Notes: generated from the sequence alone by a model not told the origin. Positions 32,024 through 41,854 are shown, numbered from the stretch's first letter. The stretch is 64,000 bases of DNA from an uncultured Arcobacteraceae bacterium (GCA_964022095.1 CAXHZO010000004.1:32001-96000); one strand, 5' to 3'. Translations and numbers: made by a program.

Positions 32024-32999
32024 TAAATTCATAGAACCTTTTATTGATTTTGTAAATGATAATTTTGATTTATCTAAGCACAAATTTATAATAATCAACA
32101 ATCCTATGCAAGAAGTATTAGAAAAATTTAAAAATGTAGAGTTTTTAAATACTGATGATGAACTTAATAATAAAGTTCTAAAGAATATTAGAAAATCTGA
32201 AAAAACAATTTTACACGGTTTATTTAGAAAAAGAATAAATGAATTATTATATAACAATTTAGAGTTATTAAAAAAAACATATTGGGTTATGTGGGGAGGA
32301 GATTTTTATTTCCCTGAGAAACAAGATGAAATACAAAAGTACATTATAAGAAATGTAGCATATTTAGTAACTGGGACTGATGGTGAAGTTGAATATGTAC
32401 GAAAAAATTATGATGCTAGAGGAAAGCATTTAAAGGCATTTGTTTATCCTAGTAATCTATTTAAAGAAATTACTTTAAAAGAACGAAATGATACAAGTAG
32501 TTTAAATATTTTGATAGGAAATTCTTCAACTATTACAAATCAGCATATTGAAGTGTTTAATAAATTAGAAAAATTTAAAAATAAAGATATGAATATTTTT
32601 GTTCCTTTATCTTATGGTGATTTTCAATATGGAATGCAAGTCATGAAACATGGCTATGAAATGTTTGGTAATAAATTTAAACCTATTATAGATTTTATGG
32701 CAGAGGATAAATATTATGAATTTTTATCAACAATAGATATAGCTTTTTTTAATCATAATAGACAGCAAGGAATGGGGAATATAATTACACTTTTAGGATT
32801 TGGCAAAACTGTTTTTATGAACTCTAGTATAAGTACCTTTGGAATGTTTAAACAAGAAGGATTAAAAGTTTTTGATATGAAAAATTTTTCTCTTGATCTT
32901 TTAAAAATTGAAGAAAAAGAAAAAAATATAGAGATAATAAAGAAGACTTTTTCTAAAGAAAACTTTACAGAAGAATTAAAGAGAGTTTTTGATTATTAG
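31998..32999 (+). CDS. WecF-like (GT56) dTDP-Fuc4N(acyl) transferase
   Basis: WVMWGGDFY, ILIGNSS...NQHIE, VPLSYG, HNRQQGMGNI. Confidence 0.8.
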   Translation: MILHVMHYDKFIEPFIDFVNDNFDLSKHKFIIINNPMQEVLEKFKNVEFLNTDDELNNKVLKNIRKSEKTILHGLFRKRINELLYNNLELLKKTYWVMWGGDFYFPEKQDEIQKYIIRNVAYLVTGTDGEVEYVRKNYDARGKHLKAFVYPSNLFKEITLKERNDTSSLNILIGNSSTITNQHIEVFNKLEKFKNKDMNIFVPLSYGDFQYGMQVMKHGYEMFGNKFKPIIDFMAEDKYYEFLSTIDIAFFNHNRQQGMGNIITLLGFGKTVFMNSSISTFGMFKQEGLKVFDMKNFSLDLLKIEEKEKNIEIIKKTFSKENFTEELKRVFDY

Positions 33000-33011
33000 A
33001 AGGAAATAAAA

Positions 33012-33683
33012 ATGAAAGTAGTAGGACTGATTCCTTTTTGGATGAATAAGGGTAAAGATAGAGATATGGTTAAATTATCAGGTAAATACCTGATTGAATA
33101 TACTATAGAGTTATTAAATAGATCTCAGCTTATTGAAGAAACAATTATCTATGCCTCTAATCAAGAATTCGAAAATTATTTAGATGAAAGTTTAGATTTT
33201 AGTTTTCTAAAGCGTCCCTTATCTCTTGATACTTCAACTACTCGATTAGAAGAAATCGTTGAAGAGTTTTTTAAAGAAAGAGAAGATGTGGATATTATTG
33301 TTCTAGTTCATCCTTATTGTCCTTTTATTAAAATTAAAACAATAGATGAATGTATAAATGCTGTAAAATCTACTGATTATGATTCTTCTTTAACTTCTAT
33401 GCAAATAAAAAAACTATCTTGGTATAAAGGGGAACCATTAAATTTTGAGAAAAATGAACTTTCTCCTAAATTAAAAAATATAGAGCCAATTATAATAGAG
33501 CATGGTTTAACATATGTTATTAAAAAGGATACTTTTAAAAAAACAAAATCTAGAATAGGTTTAAATCCTTATTTTAAATACATCAATCAGTTTGAAGGTT
33601 ATGAAATTGATAATAATGATGATTTATTATTAGCAGAATTAATTGTTAATTCAGGCTTTCATAGAGGAGCAATTAATGATTGA
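33012..33683 (+). CDS. Cytidylyltransferase-3 (CMP-Neu5Ac/Kdo synthetase) fold protein with degenerate N-terminal motif
   Basis: LSGKYLIEYTIE, KRPLSL, HPYCPFI, EIDNNDDL; lacks the RxGSKxxxxKN motif. Confidence 0.7.
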   Translation: MKVVGLIPFWMNKGKDRDMVKLSGKYLIEYTIELLNRSQLIEETIIYASNQEFENYLDESLDFSFLKRPLSLDTSTTRLEEIVEEFFKEREDVDIIVLVHPYCPFIKIKTIDECINAVKSTDYDSSLTSMQIKKLSWYKGEPLNFEKNELSPKLKNIEPIIIEHGLTYVIKKDTFKKTKSRIGLNPYFKYINQFEGYEIDNNDDLLLAELIVNSGFHRGAIND

Positions 33684-34806
33684 AATATCAAAAATAATTA
33701 ATGTAGATTTTGATAATAGTCCTTATTCAATCCATATTAAAAGAAATATTATTAAGGATTTACCTCTACTTCTTAAAGAAAAAACTAATAATAAAAAAGT
33801 GATTGTAATTGCTGATTCTTATTTTGAAAGCTTTTGTTCTGAACACTTATCTTCTAATTTTAGTGAATATGGTTTTGATATTATATTTCATTATATGGAT
33901 GCAGGAAAAAACAATAAAAATATACAAGAAGTTCTTAGAATTTATGCAGTATTAGAGGAAAATGATTTTTCAAGAGATTCAACCTTAATTGCACTAGGTG
34001 GAGGAGTAATTGGAGATTTAGCAGGCTTTGTAGCAAGTACATGGTATAGAGGTATGAATTTAGTTCATATTCCTACAACTTTAATGGCCATGGTAGATAG
34101 TAGTGTTGGTGGTAAGGTAGCAATTAATTTTCGAAAAACTATAAATGGAATAGGCAATTATTATCATCCTATACTTACTTTAATGGATTTAGAGTTTATA
34201 GATAGTCTTTCAAATAGAGATTATAATTCAGGATTAGCAGAAGTGATTAAATGTGCAATAATTTCAGATAAAAAGTTTTTTAATTATTTGAAGCAGAATA
34301 CTCAAAAAATTTTAAAAAGAGAACAAAAAACACTTCTAGACTTAGTCTCTAGAACAATAGAAATAAAAATAGAACATGTTTTAGGAGATGTTAAAGAGGG
34401 AAATAAAAGACTTCTTTTGAACTATGGACATACTTTGGGGCATGCAATTGAGATTTCTACAGAAAAGAATCATTTAGAGAGGTATCGTCATGGAGAAGGT
34501 GTATCTATTGGAATAATGGCTGTTTGTTATATTGCACATAAATATTATAATTGTTCCAAAATAGTTATTGAGGAGTGTGAAAAGTTATTGAAAGCCTTCA
34601 ATTTACCAACTTTTGTTGATTCTAAAAGTATTGGATTTGAAAAAGAAAAACTTTTAAAACAATGTTTGAGAAATGTGATGAAAGATAAAAAACGTATTAA
34701 TCATAAACTTCGAATAATTTTAGTTAATGAGATCGGCCAAGCTTCAATTAACGCAAATGTACCTTTTGAGCAGGTAGAAGAAGCATTTAAATATATTATT
34801 CAATAA
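33676..34806 (+). CDS. 3-dehydroquinate synthase family sugar-phosphate cyclase
   Basis: GGGVIGDLAGF, PTTLMAMVDSSVGGK, GLAEVIK, LNYGHTLGHAIE, HGEGV; ATG 33676 after GGAG (ORF track starts at TTG 33643). Confidence 0.9.
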   Translation: MIEISKIINVDFDNSPYSIHIKRNIIKDLPLLLKEKTNNKKVIVIADSYFESFCSEHLSSNFSEYGFDIIFHYMDAGKNNKNIQEVLRIYAVLEENDFSRDSTLIALGGGVIGDLAGFVASTWYRGMNLVHIPTTLMAMVDSSVGGKVAINFRKTINGIGNYYHPILTLMDLEFIDSLSNRDYNSGLAEVIKCAIISDKKFFNYLKQNTQKILKREQKTLLDLVSRTIEIKIEHVLGDVKEGNKRLLLNYGHTLGHAIEISTEKNHLERYRHGEGVSIGIMAVCYIAHKYYNCSKIVIEECEKLLKAFNLPTFVDSKSIGFEKEKLLKQCLRNVMKDKKRINHKLRIILVNEIGQASINANVPFEQVEEAFKYIIQ

Positions 34807-34819
34807 AAAAAGGGAAGAT

Positions 34820-35581
34820 ATGTCAACAATAATGGATATGAATAATAAAGTATGTATTATAACTGGAGTAGGAAAAGGAATTGGTTATGCCACAGCAAAG
34901 CTTTTTAAACAGCAAGGAGCTAAACTTGCTTTGATAACTCGTTCAGAAGAGGATCTTTTTAAGTTAAAGCAAGAACTTAATATGAATGAAGATGATATTT
35001 ACTGCAAATCAGGAGATGTCTCTGAAGAGAAAGTAGTTAAACAGTTTGTATCTGCTGTATATGAAAAATTTGGAAGAATAGATGTTTTAATTAATAATGC
35101 AGGAATGAGATTTCGAAAAAACTTTCTAGAAATTAGTTATGATGAATGGCAAAATGTTTTGAATGTTAATTTAGGAAGTACTTTTCTTTTTTGTAAAGAG
35201 GTTGGAAAACATATGGTAAATCAAAAATCAGGAGTTATTGTTAATATGGCTTCTATTGTTGGAACTTTAGGATTAGCAGAATTAACTGGTTATGCATCTT
35301 CAAAGGGAGCTATTATTAGTTTAACAAAATCACTTGCTTTAGAGTGGGCAGAATGTGGTATTCGTGTAAATGCAATTGCTCCTGGTTTTTGTGAAACTTC
35401 TTATACAGAAAATTTTAAAAAGAAAGAAGAGTTATATCAGTTTACTTTAGAAAGAACTCCAATGAAAAGATGGGGAAGCTCAGAAGATATTGCTAATACA
35501 TGTCTTTATTTATCTTCAAACCTTTCAAGTTATGTAACAGGAGAAGTTTTATCTGTTGATGGAGGTTGGAGTGCATGGTAA
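34820..35581 (+). CDS. Short-chain dehydrogenase/reductase
   Basis: TGVGKGIG, NNAG, YASSK, NAIAPG, TGEVLSVDGG. Confidence 0.93.
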   Translation: MSTIMDMNNKVCIITGVGKGIGYATAKLFKQQGAKLALITRSEEDLFKLKQELNMNEDDIYCKSGDVSEEKVVKQFVSAVYEKFGRIDVLINNAGMRFRKNFLEISYDEWQNVLNVNLGSTFLFCKEVGKHMVNQKSGVIVNMASIVGTLGLAELTGYASSKGAIISLTKSLALEWAECGIRVNAIAPGFCETSYTENFKKKEELYQFTLERTPMKRWGSSEDIANTCLYLSSNLSSYVTGEVLSVDGGWSAW

Positions 35582-36276
35582 CTAAACTTTCAATGGTTAT
35601 TCCTATAAGAAAAGGAAGTACAAGAACCTTAAATAAAAATACTCGTGCATTTACCCCTGATGGGAAAAGTTTGACACAAATAAAAATCGAAGAGCTAGAA
35701 AAAGTTAAATATGCTGATGAAATTGTTGTTACAACTAATTGCGATGAAATTGAAAATCAAATTAATAAAGTTAAGAAAACAAATAAAATAAAAGTTGTTC
35801 GACGTCCTCAAGAACTATGCTTAGATACAACATTAGTTAAAGATATAATAAATTATATGCCAACAATTTGTTGTGGTGAACATATTCTTTGGTTGCATGT
35901 TACTAGTCCATTTGTAAAAGCTGAAGATTATGATGGAGCAATTAAAAAATATTTTGAAGAATTAGAAAATGGATATGACTCTTTGATGTCAGTAACTTTA
36001 CATAAACAATTTATGTGGAGTGATAAAAAAAAGAGAATAATAAATACTGATGATAAAGTTAATAAATGGCCTAATACCCAAGACTTAGACCCTTTATATG
36101 AGATTAATCATGCTTTTTATATCAATTCACGAGAAAACTACATTCGTACAAGTGATAGAATAGGTAACAATCCTTATTTATATGAGTTGAAAAATGAAAA
36201 ATCAATTGATATTGATTGGGAAGAAGACTTTTTATATGCCCAAAGAATTTATCCTGCAATAAAAGGATTAAAGTAA
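35575..36276 (+). CDS. Cytidylyltransferase-3 (acylneuraminate cytidylyltransferase family) protein
   Basis: PIRKGSTRTLNKN, HVTSPF, TQDLDP, DIDWEEDF; ATG 35575 overlaps the SDR stop. Confidence 0.85.
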   Translation: MVTKLSMVIPIRKGSTRTLNKNTRAFTPDGKSLTQIKIEELEKVKYADEIVVTTNCDEIENQINKVKKTNKIKVVRRPQELCLDTTLVKDIINYMPTICCGEHILWLHVTSPFVKAEDYDGAIKKYFEELENGYDSLMSVTLHKQFMWSDKKKRIINTDDKVNKWPNTQDLDPLYEINHAFYINSRENYIRTSDRIGNNPYLYELKNEKSIDIDWEEDFLYAQRIYPAIKGLK

Positions 36277-37517
36277 TGTTGATTCAAGTTGATGGATGGT
36301 TTGCAGGAGGGAAGACTCTTCTTTGGTCTTTACTAGATGGACACAAAGATATATTTGTAAATCCTATCCATGATTATTCTTTTTCTATGTTTTTAGATAA
36401 AAAAGATGATGACGAATGGATTTTAAAAAAACACTCTATAGTACTTAGAAAAATTTTAAGTACATCAGAATATTACAAATTTGAGAAAATATATTTAGAA
36501 AAAAAATATCAAATACATTTTTCAACAAATAAAATAATGGATGTAGATTATAATGTAGATTTTTATAAATTTGATAAATTATTTTTTTCAAGATTAAATG
36601 ATATGAAATCATGGACTATTGAAGAAATTATAAATTGTCTTTATTCAAGTTATTATGATATTTATAAAGGTTTAGAAAAGATAAAATACCCTAAGTATTT
36701 TGCTTCTATGAGTCATCCTGGACATTTTGATAAATATCAAAATATTCCAAATATTTTTCCAAATATGAAAAGTATTTTAGTAAAAAGAAATATCAAAAAT
36801 ATTATTGCAACAAGAATGAATAGAAAAGAAAGACCAAAGGATTTAAACTCTTTTCAAGCATTTAGAACACCTTTAAAAAAAATACTTGATACAAAAGAGA
36901 TTGAAAAGATACTAAACTATTTTGAAACTTATGATGAACTTCAAAAAAAGTTTCCTTCTCAATTTTTTATAGTTGATTTTGATGAGTTAGTTCTTAATCC
37001 ACAAGAAGCAATGAAAAAGGTTGCTAATTTTTTAGAAATAGAATATGAAGATATTTTATCTATCCCAACTAGAGATGGAAATCTTTTAGAACTTGATGGG
37101 GTAAGTTTTATTGGAAAAGAAAATGATACTTTTGAAAATCTTTTAACCAAAGAAGAACAAAATATAATAGACACTAGGATCAATACATATAATAAAAATA
37201 TAAATAGTGATGAAGTAAATGTAGATAAAAATAAAGCATTTTTTAGAACATTTAACCATCTTCTAATTGATTTAGATGTTATTAGTAGGAAGTTTAATAA
37301 AATAGCAATTTATGGGAATCATTTTCTTGCTGATAGTATAAATTCATATTTAGCAGCAAAATCAATAGGTGTTTTTAATGAAGAGACAATTAACTCCTTA
37401 GCTGAAGATTACGAAGTTATATTAGTAGCTTCTTTAGGTAATGAAGAGATAGTATCTAAATTATTGGTTGAAAAATACAATATAGAAAAAGAAAAAATAA
37501 TATATATACATATTTAG
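36276..37517 (+). CDS. Sulfotransferase-family protein with extra C-terminal domain
   Basis: AGGKTLLWSLLDGH (5'-PSB-like loop), VKRNIKNIIATR, FDELVLNPQEAMKKVANFLEI; ATG 36276 overlaps the upstream stop. Confidence 0.65.
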   Translation: MLIQVDGWFAGGKTLLWSLLDGHKDIFVNPIHDYSFSMFLDKKDDDEWILKKHSIVLRKILSTSEYYKFEKIYLEKKYQIHFSTNKIMDVDYNVDFYKFDKLFFSRLNDMKSWTIEEIINCLYSSYYDIYKGLEKIKYPKYFASMSHPGHFDKYQNIPNIFPNMKSILVKRNIKNIIATRMNRKERPKDLNSFQAFRTPLKKILDTKEIEKILNYFETYDELQKKFPSQFFIVDFDELVLNPQEAMKKVANFLEIEYEDILSIPTRDGNLLELDGVSFIGKENDTFENLLTKEEQNIIDTRINTYNKNINSDEVNVDKNKAFFRTFNHLLIDLDVISRKFNKIAIYGNHFLADSINSYLAAKSIGVFNEETINSLAEDYEVILVASLGNEEIVSKLLVEKYNIEKEKIIYIHI

Positions 37518-37524
37518 GAATAGA

Positions 37525-38703
37525 ATGAAAAAAGTGTTAGTAATTGGTGGGGGAAAGTGGCAAGTACCTATAGTAAAAAAAGTTAAAGAATTAGGCTTTG
37601 AATGTATTTGTTCAAATTTATATGAAAATTCTGAAGCTTTTTCATTTGCTGACTATTCTTATGTAGCCAATGTTTTAGATAAAGAAACAAATTTAGAAAT
37701 TGCTATAAAACATCAAGTAGATGCTGTTATTACAGATCAAACTGATATTGCTGTTAATACAGTTGCTTATATTAATGAAAAATTAAATTTATTAGGGATT
37801 AAAATTGATGATGCAAAAGCATTTACTAATAAGTTATTAATGAGAAAAAATATAAGTGTAAAAGGATTAAGCCACCCAAATTATGAAGTTTGTAAAAGCG
37901 TTGAAGATGTTGTGGCTTTTTTTAAAGAGCAGAATAAACCAATAATTATTAAGCCTTTAAATAATCAGTCAAGTAGAGGAGTAAACTATATATCTTCACT
38001 AGATACTATTCCTAATTTGGTTAAGGATACATTGGCTAATAGCAATGAAGAAATATTTTTAGCAGAAGAATATATTCAAGGAATAGAATTAACAGCAGAA
38101 GGATATAAGTTTAAAAATACTAATCATTGTACTTTAGGGGTGTCTAAAAAAACACATTACAATAATATTATTGGTGTTGCCCAATCTTTACAATATCAGA
38201 AAACTTTTGAAGAGTTTGATATTGATGAATTAAAAAGAATTAATGATGAAATATTTAAAAATTTGCCTTTTTGTATTACTCATGTAGAATATAAATATTT
38301 TAATAAAAAATTTTATTTAGTAGAAGCTGCAATAAGAGGAGGAGGAACTAGAATTTCTTCAGATATAGTTCCTATTCATAGTGGATATGATATTAATAAA
38401 TTTTTGATTTACGATTTATTAGATATAAAATTTAAAAAAGAAAAATCTTGCTCTACTAGTGATTTTGTTATATTGAAATTTTTAGATTTTAAAGAGGGCA
38501 AAGTTAAACAGATAAATCACAAATGCAACAAAAATCCAAATATAATTGATTGGGAATTAGAGTTTAAAAAAGGTCATCAAATCCAATCTCCAAATGATGA
38601 TAGAAGTCGTTTAGGGTATTTTATTTTAAAATCAGATAGTTTAGAAAAACTAAATAAGGATATAGAAAATTTTGAGAATAGCATCGATATAGTTTATGAA
38701 TAA
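37525..38703 (+). CDS. ATP-grasp domain protein (putative amide ligase)
   Basis: FTNKLLMR, IIKPLNNQSSRGV, AEEYIQG, HVEY, VEAAIRGGG. Confidence 0.85.
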   Translation: MKKVLVIGGGKWQVPIVKKVKELGFECICSNLYENSEAFSFADYSYVANVLDKETNLEIAIKHQVDAVITDQTDIAVNTVAYINEKLNLLGIKIDDAKAFTNKLLMRKNISVKGLSHPNYEVCKSVEDVVAFFKEQNKPIIIKPLNNQSSRGVNYISSLDTIPNLVKDTLANSNEEIFLAEEYIQGIELTAEGYKFKNTNHCTLGVSKKTHYNNIIGVAQSLQYQKTFEEFDIDELKRINDEIFKNLPFCITHVEYKYFNKKFYLVEAAIRGGGTRISSDIVPIHSGYDINKFLIYDLLDIKFKKEKSCSTSDFVILKFLDFKEGKVKQINHKCNKNPNIIDWELEFKKGHQIQSPNDDRSRLGYFILKSDSLEKLNKDIENFENSIDIVYE

Positions 38704-38712
38704 GGAAAAGTT

Positions 38713-39402
38713 TTGCTAACACAAGAAGATAAAGAAAAAGTTATACAAAGATATACAAATAGATATATTGAGCATGGTAAATGTCCAAAAACTTTAGGAT
38801 GGGATAAAGGTAAACAAGACTTAAGATATCATATTTTATTTGAAAAATTTGATTTGGAAAATAAATCAATATTGGATATTGGTTGTGGCTTTGGTGATGC
38901 AAATATTTTATTAAAAAACAAATTTCATAATTATGAGTATACTGGAATTGATATTGTTCCTGATCTTATCAAAGAAGCAAAAGAAGAGTATTCAAATCAA
39001 AACAATATTAATTTTATTTTAGAAGATTTTTTAGCTCATGATTTTGGAGATAAAAAATTTGATATCGTTGTGGGTTCGGGTATTTTTAATTTTAAATTAG
39101 CTGATAGAGATAACTATGAGTACATAAATTCAATTTTAGAAAAAGCATTTCATCTTTCAAAAGAAGGTATTTCTTTTGACTTCTTATCTAATAAGGTTGA
39201 CTTTGAATATGAACTTACTTTTCATAGTGATCCTAAAATAATTTTAGATAAAGCATATAATCTAAGCAATAATCTTATTTTAAATAATAGCTATATGCCA
39301 TTTGAGTTTGCAATTAGTGTTTTTAAAGATATTTCCTTTGAAAAAAAAGATACAATATTTACAAGGTATAAAAATGAAAATGACTATTATAGATTTTATT
39401 AA
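38713..39402 (+). CDS. Class I SAM-dependent methyltransferase
   Basis: ILDIGCGFG, YTGIDI, SGIFN; TTG start with AAGGA RBS. Confidence 0.88.
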   Translation: MLTQEDKEKVIQRYTNRYIEHGKCPKTLGWDKGKQDLRYHILFEKFDLENKSILDIGCGFGDANILLKNKFHNYEYTGIDIVPDLIKEAKEEYSNQNNINFILEDFLAHDFGDKKFDIVVGSGIFNFKLADRDNYEYINSILEKAFHLSKEGISFDFLSNKVDFEYELTFHSDPKIILDKAYNLSNNLILNNSYMPFEFAISVFKDISFEKKDTIFTRYKNENDYYRFY

Positions 39403-40018
39403 AAGAAATAGAGTATCAACAACTGAAATTGCTGATTGTATGGGTAAAAAAGGTTCAGTATACAATGTTAATGCAGTAAATAGAGGTCATTTTAAAGTTG
39501 GAAATCTTTTTTATGTATATGCTTGTAATGGTACAAATTGGGATGTTCATGAACAAGTCCAATATGTAAATGATGGAGATATAGTATTTATTGATGCCTT
39601 AGATAATAATGATAAAGCAATTATTGGAGATTTGGTTTCTAAATATTTATTACTATATAAACAAGCAGGTGCGATTGTAACTAATGGATTATTAAGAGAT
39701 GCCCCAAGATTAATAAAAGAAAATTGGGCAATTTGGTGTAAAGGTTTTAATCCAGTAGGGTATATAAATGAAAAAGTTGAATTAAATTCTGAACAAAAAA
39801 AATTAATTGAGAAAAAAAAATCTTTTTATCAAGATTGTATAGCAGTTTGTGATGATACAGGTGTTGTGTTGATCCCTAAAGAATTTCATAATAAAGAATT
39901 CCTTGAAAATATAAAATATATAGAAGAACAAGAAGATATCTGGTTTGACTGTATAGATAGACAAAAGCTTTCAACTTTTGAAACAGTATGTTTAAAAAAA
40001 TATGAGGATATAAATTGA
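39374..40018 (+). CDS. RraA / HMG-aldolase family protein
   Basis: STTEIADC, GDIVFID, AIIGDL, GLLRD, DDTGVVLIP; likely ATG at 39374 or 39380 rather than 39302. Confidence 0.8.
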   Translation: MKMTIIDFIKRNRVSTTEIADCMGKKGSVYNVNAVNRGHFKVGNLFYVYACNGTNWDVHEQVQYVNDGDIVFIDALDNNDKAIIGDLVSKYLLLYKQAGAIVTNGLLRDAPRLIKENWAIWCKGFNPVGYINEKVELNSEQKKLIEKKKSFYQDCIAVCDDTGVVLIPKEFHNKEFLENIKYIEEQEDIWFDCIDRQKLSTFETVCLKKYEDIN

Positions 40019-41145
40019 TACATTTTAATAAACCACCTTATACTTCTTTAGAAAAAAAGTTTGTAAATGAAGCAATGCAAAATGTAACAATCTCTGGAGA
40101 TGGACCTTTTACTAATAAATGTGAAAAGTGGTTTGAAAAAGAATTACAATGTGAAAAAGCTCTTTTAACTCCTTCTTGTACTCATGCTTTAGAAATGATG
40201 GCAATTTTAATTGATATAAAAGAAGGTGATGAGGTAATAATGCCTTCTTATACATTTGTATCTACTGCAAATGCTTTTGCAATAAGAGGAGCAAAAATAG
40301 TTTTTGTTGATATTAAAGCAGATACATTAAATATTGATGAAGATAAAATTGAAGATGCAATTTCAGATAAAACAAAAGCAATTGTAGTTGTTCATTATGC
40401 AGGAGTTTCTTGCAATATGGATAAAATAATGACTCTCTCAGATAAATATGATATTTTTGTTTTAGAGGATGCTGCACAAGGTGTAAAGAGTTATTATAAA
40501 GAGAAACCATTAGGAACCATTGGTCATTTTGGCGCATTTAGTTTCCATGAAACAAAAAATATAACTAGCGCTGGAGAGGGTGGTTTACTAATTATAAATG
40601 ATAAACGTTTTACACAAAGAGCTGAGATTATTCGTGAAAAAGGAACAAATAGAAAACTATTTTTTAGAGGTTTAGTTGATAAATATAGTTGGGTAGATTT
40701 AGGTAGTAGTTATTTATTAAATGATGTTAGTGCAGCATATCTATGGGCACAAATTCAAATGATAGATAATATTCAAGTAGATAGACTTAATACTTGGAAT
40801 AGATATGAAAAAGGCTTAAAACAATTATCATCAAAAGGTTTTATAACTTTACCGACTGTTCCTAGTGACTGCACAAATAATGCACATATGTTTTATATAA
40901 AAGTAAGAGATTTAGAAGAAAGAGAGTCTTTAATTAAATACTTAAAGCAAAATGATATTAATGCCGTATTTCATTACGTTCCACTTCACACAGCACCAGC
41001 AGGAAAGATTTTTGGTAAGTTTGAAGGAATTGATGAGTTTACAACAACTGAAAGTGAAAGATTAGTTCGGTTACCTTTATATTATGGTTTAGACAAAGAA
41101 AAGGTAGAATATATAATACAGAAAATAAAGAGTTTTTATGAATAA
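40015..41145 (+). CDS. wecE: dTDP-4-amino-4,6-dideoxygalactose transaminase
   Basis: SGDGPFT, LTPSCTHALEM, EDAAQG, FSFHETKN, REKGTNR, DKYSWVDLGSS, VFHYVPLH typical of WecE/RffA. Confidence 0.9.
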   Translation: MIHFNKPPYTSLEKKFVNEAMQNVTISGDGPFTNKCEKWFEKELQCEKALLTPSCTHALEMMAILIDIKEGDEVIMPSYTFVSTANAFAIRGAKIVFVDIKADTLNIDEDKIEDAISDKTKAIVVVHYAGVSCNMDKIMTLSDKYDIFVLEDAAQGVKSYYKEKPLGTIGHFGAFSFHETKNITSAGEGGLLIINDKRFTQRAEIIREKGTNRKLFFRGLVDKYSWVDLGSSYLLNDVSAAYLWAQIQMIDNIQVDRLNTWNRYEKGLKQLSSKGFITLPTVPSDCTNNAHMFYIKVRDLEERESLIKYLKQNDINAVFHYVPLHTAPAGKIFGKFEGIDEFTTTESERLVRLPLYYGLDKEKVEYIIQKIKSFYE

Positions 41146-41845
41146 TACAGAATTAAACTCTCCTAGTAAGTATCATCACAATAGGCGACAGATTAATTGG
41201 TTATTATATGATATTACTGATAAGTATTTAACAGAGTTTTCTAAGTATTATAAAGGAACGTTAGTAGATTTAGGTTGTGGAACAGCACCTTATAAAGAGT
41301 TTTTCTTACAATATGCAAATTCATATATTGGGGTAGATTGGTCAGAAAGTATTCATGAGTTTAAAGGTGATGTTATTTCAAATTTAAATGAAAAAATCAA
41401 TTTAGAGGATGATTTTGCAGATACAGTAGTATCTTTATCTGTTATGGAACATTTATATAACCCAGAAGTTTTTTTATCAGAAGCTTATAGAGTTTTAAAA
41501 AATGATGGAGTATTTGTTTTAGGTGTTCCTTGGATGTGGTGGATTCATGAAGCTCCTCATGATTATTATAGGTATACGTCTTTTGGATTAAAACACTTAT
41601 TACAAAAAGCTGGTTTTTCAGAAGTCGAAATTATTCCAACTTCAGGTTTTTTTACAACTATATTTATAAAAATGAACTATTTTAGTGTGAATTTTTTAAA
41701 AGGTTCTAAATTTAAAGTTAATTTATTAAGAACATTATTTAGACCTTTTTGGTTTCTATCTCAAAAACTTGCGCCTTATTTAGATAAATATGATAAAGAT
41801 TGGAACAAAGAGTGTCAAAGTTATTTTGTTATTGCAAAAAAGTAA
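41138..41845 (+). CDS. Class I SAM-dependent methyltransferase
   Basis: VDLGCGTAPY, VMEH, HEAPHDYYRYT. Confidence 0.88.
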   Translation: MNNTELNSPSKYHHNRRQINWLLYDITDKYLTEFSKYYKGTLVDLGCGTAPYKEFFLQYANSYIGVDWSESIHEFKGDVISNLNEKINLEDDFADTVVSLSVMEHLYNPEVFLSEAYRVLKNDGVFVLGVPWMWWIHEAPHDYYRYTSFGLKHLLQKAGFSEVEIIPTSGFFTTIFIKMNYFSVNFLKGSKFKVNLLRTLFRPFWFLSQKLAPYLDKYDKDWNKECQSYFVIAKK

Positions 41846-41854
41846 GGATTAAAA

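Noticed and set aside
39374-40018. Demethylmenaquinone methyltransferase or RNase E regulator annotation
   Set aside because: No SAM-binding motif; the MenG label is a known misannotation of the RraA family, and the glycan-locus context favours an aldolase
31998-41145. Complete enterobacterial common antigen (wec) pathway
   Set aside because: Only WecE- and WecF-like genes are present; no wecA, B, C, D, G, wzxE or wzyE
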